Source: Deltaproteobacteria bacterium CG03_land_8_20_14_0_80_45_14
Lineage (GTDB): Bacteria > Desulfobacterota > BSN033 > UBA1163
Direction: 5' to 3'
Length of the DNA: 24,000 bases
Assembly (NCBI GenBank): GCA_002780715.1
Contig: PEUO01000209.1
Location: 225-24,224, forward strand
Positions 8,280-14,032 of this stretch are shown one piece after another (position 1 is the stretch's first letter; each line of letters begins with the position of its first letter). The notes beneath the pieces are model-generated. The model ran no database searches and was not told the DNA's origin. It worked only from the letters and a program-made list of their open reading frames with translations. A program made the translations under genes and the position numbers.

Positions 8280-9350
8280 TCATGCAATGTAATTTGACCC
8301 GAACCAGAGAATGAGGCCTACAATCCCCCCGACAATCTCCAGGGGTAATGCCCAACGCATTTCTTTTCTTACCCCTGAGAGAGAAGTGTAAGTCGATGCT
8401 CCTGTAAAATTCATCGCCAGATAAGCCGAGACCGCAGGGATAAGAAAAAACCAAGCCAGTATTTCCAGACGGCCTATCCCTGTGATCCAGTCATTCCAGA
8501 AAAAAGCCATGAGGATTGCAGTAAAAAGGAATCCAAGGCTAAGGCCTTTGATAAAAAAAGCCCGGCCGGGTAACCATGGCAACAATAAAGGTGCCAAAAC
8601 AGCACCAGCCAGAATAGCGGTCAGGAGTGATAGAGCCGAAAAATAGCCATGGTTCAAAGCATTCGTCCAACCTTCTCCTGACTTCCCAACATAAGATAAA
8701 AAGAAAAGGATAGGAATGACAATAATACCTACCTTTAGGGCTCCGACAAGTTCCATTGGGATGAGTTCTATTCGCTCCAAAGTCGTAAAGGTCTTGAGTC
8801 TCATCTCTGGTGTTGCCTTAAGCCCGCCCTCCAAGAAAGTCGGTAGATCTGTCGCCCGGATGGGGCCATATATAACTTTAAAGCCGGATAATTTCTTGAC
8901 ATGATGAGCCGCAACTCCTGGACCAGACAACTGGGGCAGAATCAATTCCCGATGTGAGACGATCTGGCTCAGGGCACTTGATTTGATTCGGCCAACGAGT
9001 TCCATCGTCCCGAAGGTCCCCTTACCCGAAGCACACCAGACATTAATGCCTTTGGTATCCAGAACCAGTATCCACATGTCCCGGCCTGGTAATGCCTCAC
9101 GCAGCTTGTCAAAGCTCATCTTGTAATTGGCAGTGACCAAGACCGGGGACTCCTCATCGGGCTTTCCTAATGCATAAAGACCGGGTTCGACGGTGTAATG
9201 CATGCGGCCTATCCCCCAACGGGCTCTATACCTCCCCAAACGATCTGCCCAAACCAGAGAGGATGAAACCTGAGGCACAGGACCAACGGGGGTCTGGATC
9301 GAACCAATAACAAAGGGCTGCTTTAAACTGGGAAGGCTCAACTGAGCCAC
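8280..9350 (-). CDS. hgcA: Mercury methylation corrinoid protein HgcA (conservative start; see the possible N-terminal extension to 9428)
   Basis: The cap-helix signature is GINVWCASGKGTFG; the family motif is N(V/I)WCA(A/G)GK. The corrinoid-binding N-terminal domain includes PFVIGSIQTPVGPVPQVSS..RMHYTVEPGLYALG and VLVTANYKMSFD. The C-terminal half has 4-5 TM helices. hgcB lies immediately downstream. The start codon is uncertain: GTG 9350, TTG 9341, or ATG 9428 via UGA recoding. Confidence 0.93.
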   Translation of the reverse strand: MAQLSLPSLKQPFVIGSIQTPVGPVPQVSSSLVWADRLGRYRARWGIGRMHYTVEPGLYALGKPDEESPVLVTANYKMSFDKLREALPGRDMWILVLDTKGINVWCASGKGTFGTMELVGRIKSSALSQIVSHRELILPQLSGPGVAAHHVKKLSGFKVIYGPIRATDLPTFLEGGLKATPEMRLKTFTTLERIELIPMELVGALKVGIIVIPILFFLSYVGKSGEGWTNALNHGYFSALSLLTAILAGAVLAPLLLPWLPGRAFFIKGLSLGFLFTAILMAFFWNDWITGIGRLEILAWFFLIPAVSAYLAMNFTGASTYTSLSGVRKEMRWALPLEIVGGIVGLILWFGSNYIA

Positions 9351-9353
9351 TCC
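9331..9353 (-). promoter_or_regulatory. SECIS-like hairpin (alternatively a hairpin masking the hgcA initiation region)
   Basis: The minus strand reads GGAG-U-GGCUC[AGUU]GAGCC-UUCC: nine pairs, one bulged U, and a tetraloop containing GU. The stem starts 9 nt after the in-frame UGA at 9365-9363. Confidence 0.4.
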
Positions 9354-9362
9354 ACCTTTGGG

Positions 9363-9428
9363 TCAACAGCTTGTAGGTTTAGAAAGGTCTTCCAGTTGTT
9401 CTAAGAGGTAATCTTTTGCTTCATCCAT
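9363..9428 (-). other. 21-codon ORF in frame with hgcA and separated from it only by TGA (leader peptide or Sec-recoded N-terminal extension)
   Basis: AGGAGAG lies 7 nt upstream of the ATG at 9428. The ORF reads MDEAKDYLLEQLEDLSKPTSC-TGA-PKGGVAQLSLPSLKQPFVIGS. The offset between 9428 and 9350 is 78 nt, so the frame is the same. Confidence 0.45.
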
Positions 9429-9468
9429 GAGAACTCTCCTATGTTGAAAAATTACATGATTGCCATTT

Positions 9469-9744
9469 TTAAGCGGCCATACCTTTCATCATTGGACCGA
9501 GAAAATCTTTCACGCGCTCTGCGAGATGTTCTGCCTTGATCAAATAGATACAGCAAACCTCCCCGCCTTTATCCCAACTGATAATAGCCAGCTTATCCCC
9601 TGCGCGGATATTTGCCCTATCTCTCAATTCTTTGGGAAGCACCATTTGTCCCCGTTCATCGACGCTGATGATCGATTCGACCTTGCAATAATTCATCCCC
9701 ATTTCCACAGGGGAACAGCAAACCTTCTGATTTTTTTTGGGCAT
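9469..9744 (-). CDS. AbrB/SpoVT-type looped-hinge-helix DNA-binding protein, first gene of the hgcAB operon
   Basis: GQMVLPKELRDRANIRAGDKLAIISW is the SpoVT-AbrB signature. I chose the ATG at 9744 as the start (GGGAGA 7 nt upstream) because the longer track ORF begins upstream of the predicted promoter. The protein contains two vicinal Cys pairs (KVCCSP, EVCCIY). Confidence 0.75.
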   Translation of the reverse strand: MPKKNQKVCCSPVEMGMNYCKVESIISVDERGQMVLPKELRDRANIRAGDKLAIISWDKGGEVCCIYLIKAEHLAERVKDFLGPMMKGMAA

Positions 9745-9809
9745 GGCATCGTCTCCCATCACAGGAATTTCTGATAATAAGATATATTCAGAATTATCAG
9801 TTACTGCTG

Positions 9810-9838
9810 ATATTAAACGAACAAAAAACATTTGTCAA
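9810..9838 (-). promoter_or_regulatory. Sigma-70 promoter of the AbrB-like/hgcA/hgcB operon
   Basis: The minus strand reads TTGACA (9838-9833), a 17-nt spacer, then TAATAT (9815-9810). It is followed by the palindrome CTGATAAT-N14-ATTATCAG (9800-9771) around the predicted transcription start. Confidence 0.6.
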
Positions 9839-9940
9839 GCGCTTAATCATGGGAGCTCTGAAAAATTACTACACGCTCTTTTAATTACACAATTTTCAAA
9901 AGATGATTACGCAAATTTACTTGATTTTTTAATGATTCTC

Positions 9941-9993
9941 AAATCTATGTAATCGGGTCCTAATCTATGTAATCGGGTCCTAATCTATGTAAT
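9941..9993. repeat. 20-bp direct tandem repeat, about 2.6 copies
   Basis: aAATCTATGTAATCGGGTCC / TAATCTATGTAATCGGGTCC / TAATCTATGTAAT. The repeat sits in the divergent intergenic region between the hgc-operon promoter and the ferredoxin promoter. Confidence 0.9.
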
Positions 9994-10042
9994 TAGAGAT
10001 TTCTGGATTTTTCGGGAATCTCAAAAAATTTTGTTGACAACT

Positions 10043-10071
10043 TTGACTGAAAGTGCAAACTTACATATCAT
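10043..10071 (+). promoter_or_regulatory. Sigma-70 promoter of the ferredoxin gene
   Basis: TTGACT (10043-10048), a 17-nt spacer, then TATCAT (10066-10071). The predicted start near 10078 coincides with the left end of the palindromic element. Confidence 0.55.
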
Positions 10072-10076
10072 ATTTT

Positions 10077-10248
10077 AGTTCACCCCGTTAGAAATTCCAG
10101 CGGGGCATTAAACCCCGCCGGAATTATTCTAAAATCTAACCCCGCTGCAGCCGCCGGCCCAGAGGGCCTCCCTCCGGGGCATGAGCCCTTCCGGGGCGGA
10201 GCCTGGCCCGGAGGGAGCAGCGGGGCATTCTTTCTAACGGGGTGAACT
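10077..10248 (+). repeat. 172-bp GC-rich multi-stem palindromic element forming the ferredoxin 5' leader
   Basis: It has perfect 18-bp terminal inverted repeats: AGTTCACCCCGTTAGAAA (10077-10094) and TTTCTAACGGGGTGAACT (10231-10248). Internal hairpins include TTCCAGCGGGG..CCCCGCCGGAA, CCCCGCTG..CAGCGGGG and CTCCCTCCGGG..CCCGGAGGGAG. No target-site duplication is apparent. Confidence 0.8.
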
Positions 10249-10267
10249 GGATAGAAAGGGGAAAAAT

Positions 10268-10453
10268 ATGAAAGTCCGAGTGGATAAAGAAACGTGTGTA
10301 GGTGACGAGACATGTGTGGATGAGTGCCCTGAAGTTTTTGAAATACAGGGGGATGTGGCTGTCGCTAAAATGGAGAACGTGCCTAAAGAGCTTGAGAAAA
10401 AAGTGGAGGAAGCAGCAAAAAACTGCCCTGTGGAAGCCATTATCATCGAATAA
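10268..10453 (+). CDS. fdx: Small single-cluster ferredoxin (CxxDxxC...CP type, [3Fe-4S] or Asp-ligated [4Fe-4S])
   Basis: 61 aa: MKVRVDKETCVGDETCVDECPEVFE...AAKNCPVEAIIIE. The RBS AAAGGGG lies 7 nt upstream. Confidence 0.85.
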   Translation: MKVRVDKETCVGDETCVDECPEVFEIQGDVAVAKMENVPKELEKKVEEAAKNCPVEAIIIE

Positions 10454-10514
10454 TAGACCTGCTCGTTCTGTTATAATTTTTTATCGTCACCAATAGGGTC
10501 AACGAAACATAACC

Positions 10515-10652
10515 TCAAATGTTCTCTCTTAAAGGGCTGACAAGGATCGTCTCTTTTGGTGTCACCTCGTCGAGTTTTGCAAAAATCTCCCATTTCAAAG
10601 GAATATTTTCCACTGCGGCTTCAATGATGAAATCACAATTTGTTTCTATTTT
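10515..10652 (-). pseudogene. Remnant of a 3-hydroxyacyl-CoA dehydrogenase (NAD-binding domain fragment)
   Basis: The minus-strand frame reads ..CDFIIEAAVENIPLKWEIFAKLDEVTPKETILVSPLRENI*. It matches the D(L/F)(V/I)IEAV.E....K..IF..L......ILASNTS block of the Hbd/FadB family. There is no start codon, a stop lies immediately upstream, and similarity is lost after ILVS. Confidence 0.5.
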
Positions 10653-10713
10653 TTAAGTCTAATATCCTGTTCGGGGGATTTTCAATAAATTTTCCTTCAA
10701 GGGGAGAGTTATC

Positions 10714-10742
10714 TTGACATGCCGCTGGGGTGTATGTATAAG
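10714..10742 (+). promoter_or_regulatory. Candidate sigma-70 promoter of glk
   Basis: TTGACA (10714-10719), a 17-nt spacer, then TATAAG (10737-10742), 41 nt upstream of the ATG at 10783. Confidence 0.5.
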
Positions 10743-10782
10743 CTATAATTATCTCTTCCTTACAAAGGATTGACATAGCATA

Positions 10783-11799
10783 ATGAAAAAACTTAGAGGA
10801 AAAACGATCAAATCTGAGATTGTTCTGGCAGGGGATGTTGGCGGGACAAACACTCGTCTTGGCCTTTTTGAAGTAACTAGGGGTCGCCTTCACTTCCTGT
10901 TTGAAAAAACCTTTTTAAGCAGAGATTACAAGGGGCTGGAGAATATCCTCGGAGAATTTCTGAATGGACAGAAGGGAATTGGTTCCGCCTGTTTTGGCGT
11001 GGCCGGGCCCGTTACCCAGGAAGTCGTCATCGCCACGAATCTTCCATGGTGGATAGACATTCAATCGCTTCAAAAAACGCTGCCTATCAAAAAGGTGGAG
11101 GTGATCAATGACCTGGTTGCGAATGCTTATGGCATTTCTGTTTTGAAAAAGAGCGACTTTGAAATTTTGAATGTGGGTAAAATAAAAAAGGGGAATCAAG
11201 CCCTTATCTCTGCTGGAACAGGTCTTGGAGAGGCGATCCTTTTCTGGGATGGTCAACAACATGTGCCTTCTCCTTCTGAAGGAGGCCATGCTGAATTCGG
11301 GCCCAGAAACCATTTGGAGTTGGAGCTGTTTCATTACCTCTCGAGCTACTTCGATCATGTCAGTTACGAACGAGTCCTTTCAGGGGAAGGCTTTTCCCAT
11401 ATTTATCAATTCCTGAAGGATTCAAAAAGGTTTGGGAGTGAACCATCGTGGCTCTCTAAAAAGATGAAACAAGAAGACCCGGCTGAAGTGATTTCTGAGA
11501 CGGCTCGTCTCAAGAAGAATAAGTTGTGTAGGAAGGCATTGGATCTCTTCACCTCCATCTACGGCGCGGCCGCTGGAAATCTTGCCCTCCAGGTCATGGC
11601 AATTGGGGGAATCTATATCGGAGGTGGAATCGCCCCCAAGATCCTCTGGAAACTGAAGGATGGGACTTTCGTTAAGGCTTTCAAAAAAAAGGGGAGGTTA
11701 TCCCATATTGTTGCGCATATCCCCGTGAAGGTCATTATGAATGAGAGAACAGCTCTTCTGGGTGCAGCCTCTCGTGCCATGGCTCTTCTAAAGGGTTAA
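10783..11799 (+). CDS. glk: Glucokinase
   Basis: 338 aa. The N-terminal LAGDVGGTNTRLGLFEV matches the Glk ATP-binding motif GDIGGTN.R. Length is typical of the bacterial Glk family. Confidence 0.85.
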   Translation: MKKLRGKTIKSEIVLAGDVGGTNTRLGLFEVTRGRLHFLFEKTFLSRDYKGLENILGEFLNGQKGIGSACFGVAGPVTQEVVIATNLPWWIDIQSLQKTLPIKKVEVINDLVANAYGISVLKKSDFEILNVGKIKKGNQALISAGTGLGEAILFWDGQQHVPSPSEGGHAEFGPRNHLELELFHYLSSYFDHVSYERVLSGEGFSHIYQFLKDSKRFGSEPSWLSKKMKQEDPAEVISETARLKKNKLCRKALDLFTSIYGAAAGNLALQVMAIGGIYIGGGIAPKILWKLKDGTFVKAFKKKGRLSHIVAHIPVKVIMNERTALLGAASRAMALLKG

Positions 11800-11861
11800 A
11801 AGGTTGGTGAAAAATGATATTTTCCGTGCTGCTCAAAAATGTCTAGATCAAGTTGAGCACC

Positions 11862-11901
11862 CCTGCCTTCGTCCCGCAAGGCGGGACTACGCGCAGGCAG
11901 G
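11862..11901. repeat. CCTGCC..GGCAGG palindromic element (second copy)
   Basis: CCTGCCTTCG-TCCCGCAAGGCGGGA-CTACGCGCAGGCAGG. The flanks are identical to the copy at 2911-2944, and the inner hairpin is different but still self-complementary. Confidence 0.8.
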
Positions 11902-11912
11902 CGAAATCATTT

Positions 11913-11941
11913 GTAGGGAACGGTTTTAAACCGTTCCCTAC
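11913..11941. repeat. Perfect 14-bp-arm palindrome
   Basis: GTAGGGAACGGTTT-T-AAACCGTTCCCTAC, located between glk and pgi. No T-run follows, so I do not call it a classical terminator. Confidence 0.8.
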
Positions 11942-12021
11942 CGGTGTGGCCGCCGAGACGGTGAGGCAGCTGGGAAACGTAGCAGATGGGCATTTTTCAG
12001 CAGCCTCTTGAGGAGTGAGTG

Positions 12022-13614
12022 ATGATGAGCATCGAAGAATGGAAACGATATAAGGAGTATCTGAATTTCAATCCTGAGATCGGGCTGATGGTGGATATCA
12101 GCCGCATGATGTTTCCAAAGGACTATTTTGATCGGATGGAAGCTCCAATGCAAAAGGCCTACCGAGACATGGAGGCCCTTGAATTCGGGGCGATTGCAAA
12201 CCTTGATGAAAAAAGGATGGTTGGCCATTACTGGCTCCGTGCCCCGGAATTGGCTCCGAGGCGAGAGATCACTCGTGACATTCAGGAAACCCTCCAGGCC
12301 ATCAAAGATTTTTCCAGAAAGGTTCATACCGGAAAGATAAAATCCCAGAAAGGAAAGCGTTTCTCCCACATGCTGATCATTGGCATTGGTGGATCAGCCC
12401 TGGGTCCTCAGTTTGTATCCGATGCACTCAGAACCTTCAAAGATCCGGTCAGACCCTATTTTTTTGATAATACCGATCCGGATGGATTCGACCGAGTTTT
12501 AAAAGAAATAAAGGGTGCTTTATCCAAGACCATGACGATTGTCATTTCAAAAAGTGGGGGCACGATAGAAAATCGAAATGGAATGCTTGAGGCGAAGGCT
12601 GTCTATCAGTCAAGGGGACTTCGTTTCGAAAAACATGCTGTGGCGATTACCGAAGTAAATAGCAATGTTGACCGAATGGCAAAAAAGGAGGGATGGATCG
12701 CAAGGTTTCCGATGTGGAACTGGGTGGGTGGAAGGACCTCAGAGACTTCTGCAGTTGGGCTTCTCCCCGCGGCGCTCCAGGGTATTGACATAGACGCACT
12801 CTTAGAAGGTGCCCGCCTCTGCGATGAGGTGACACGGAAAAAAGATTCGCGAACCAACCCTGCGGCCCTTTTGGCTCTCATGTGGTATCACGCCACGGGA
12901 GGTCGCGGGAAAAAAGATATGGTCATTCTTCCTTATAAGGATAGACTTCAGCTCTTTCCAAAATATCTCCAGCAGCTCATCATGGAATCCCTTGGCAAAG
13001 AAAGAGATCTCAACAGTCAGATAGTCAATCAGGGGATCTCGGTTTACGGCAATAAAGGCTCTACTGACCAGCACGCTTACGTCCAGCAACTTCGCGAAGG
13101 GGTAAACAATTTCTTCGTCAACTTTATTGAAGTGCTCAAGGATCGTGAAGGCCATTCTTTAATGTTGGATGGGAAGGCGACCAGCGGTGATTTTCTGAAT
13201 GCCTTTCTCCAGGGCACCCGAAGGGCCCTCGGCGAAAAAGGCCGGGAGTCCATCACCCTTACGACTGAAACAATAGATGCCCGCTCCATTGGCGCCTTGA
13301 TTGCACTTTATGAGCGAGCCGTAGGTTTCTATGCATCGTTGATCAATGTCAATGCCTATCATCAGCCCGGTGTGGAGGCGGGCAAAAAAGCAGCAGGGTT
13401 GGTGATTCAGCTCCAGGCCAATGCCCTTGCCTTTCTTAAGAAAGAAAAAAGAAAGTCATTCACATCAGAGGAGATTGCCTCGGCCATCGGCGCGCCGGAA
13501 GAAGCGGAGATGGTATTCAAATTAATGGAGCACGCCGCTTCTAATGTGGATCATCCGATCAAAAAGCTATCTACTGAACCTCCCTTCCTTTCCCGGTATC
13601 AATACCAAGATTAA
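12022..13614 (+). CDS. pgi: Glucose-6-phosphate isomerase
   Basis: The SIS-domain motif is [14 protein letters not shown], with ISKSGGT and [16 protein letters not shown] also present. GAGGAG lies 6 nt before the ATG at 12022; the track ORF starts one codon earlier, at GTG 12019. Confidence 0.9.
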   Translation: MMSIEEWKRYKEYLNFNPEIGLMVDISRMMFPKDYFDRMEAPMQKAYRDMEALEFGAIANLDEKRMVGHYWLRAPELAPRREITRDIQETLQAIKDFSRKVHTGKIKSQKGKRFSHMLIIGIGGSALGPQFVSDALRTFKDPVRPYFFDNTDPDGFDRVLKEIKGALSKTMTIVISKSGGTIENRNGMLEAKAVYQSRGLRFEKHAVAITEVNSNVDRMAKKEGWIARFPMWNWVGGRTSETSAVGLLPAALQGIDIDALLEGARLCDEVTRKKDSRTNPAALLALMWYHATGGRGKKDMVILPYKDRLQLFPKYLQQLIMESLGKERDLNSQIVNQGISVYGNKGSTDQHAYVQQLREGVNNFFVNFIEVLKDREGHSLMLDGKATSGDFLNAFLQGTRRALGEKGRESITLTTETIDARSIGALIALYERAVGFYASLINVNAYHQPGVEAGKKAAGLVIQLQANALAFLKKEKRKSFTSEEIASAIGAPEEAEMVFKLMEHAASNVDHPIKKLSTEPPFLSRYQYQD

Positions 13615-13920
13615 TCATTTGATCATAACCCACCCAATGAAGGAGTTGGCTTTGGGGTCACATCTTCAGATGTCATTAATTTTAGTTAAAATATCTGATG
13701 GTAAAGGCTAATGCTAGCGGGTAGAAGCCGCCCGAGGTTGCATGATTGGCTGGATGATTCCTTTGATTCTTGAGAGATGCTCCAAAACGGATTTGAAGTT
13801 GGCAGAGAGGATGAAAGAATGCGCGCTCAAGGAGCCGTCTGGGAAACTCTCTAATTGACAACACCTTCGAAAAAGTAATAACTTTAGGATCATTTACAAA
13901 AGAAGGATTCAACTTGAATT

Positions 13921-13997
13921 AGGTTAAGGCTGAAGTTGAGGTTAAGATTTTCTTGACCTTAACCTAAACCCATGAATCCCTGCCTGCGGCAGGCAGG
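13921..13997. repeat. Hairpin words plus a short CCTGCC-TGCG-GCAGGCAGG core (third family member)
   Basis: AGGTTAAG...CTTAACCT inverted words come first. They are followed by a GAATCC-flanked CCTGCCTGCGGCAGGCAGG (13979-13997), and GAATCC occurs three times around the core. Confidence 0.65.
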
Positions 13998-14032
13998 CTG
14001 GAATCCTTGAATCCTTTTCGCAAAGTCTTCAA

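Noticed and set aside
9745-9831. Longer version of the AbrB-like ORF starting at 9831 (MFFVRLISAV..), plus the antisense ORFs at 9460-9774 and 9737-9952
   Set aside because: The first 29 codons overlap the predicted -10 element and transcription start of a near-consensus promoter and have no RBS. The ATG at 9744 has GGGAGA at the proper spacing. The plus-strand ORFs are antisense or intergenic with no support.
9941-9993. Possible CRISPR array
   Set aside because: The copies are directly abutting 20-bp units with no spacers, there are only about 2.6 of them, and no cas genes are present.
10077-10248. Cobalamin riboswitch upstream of the ferredoxin gene (an attractive idea because HgcA is a corrinoid protein)
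   Set aside because: I could not find a B12-box-like core. The near-perfect terminal symmetry and the module shared with 22140-22159 point to a repeat element. An Rfam scan is needed before this can be claimed.
10080-10313. 77-aa Pro/Gly/Ala-rich minus-strand ORF, plus the ORFs at 10234-10446 and 10302-10496
   Set aside because: The first is simply the translation of the GC-rich palindromic element. The others are antisense or out of frame to the ferredoxin gene.
13630-13680. Possible terminator after pgi (ACATCT-tc-AGATGT followed by TTAATTTT)
   Set aside because: The stem is short and AT-rich with a 2-nt loop, which is too weak to call.
13682-13912. 76-aa minus-strand ORF in the pgi-spoIID spacer
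   Set aside because: It has a TTG start, no Shine-Dalgarno sequence and no recognisable motif, and it runs opposite to the flanking plus-strand genes.
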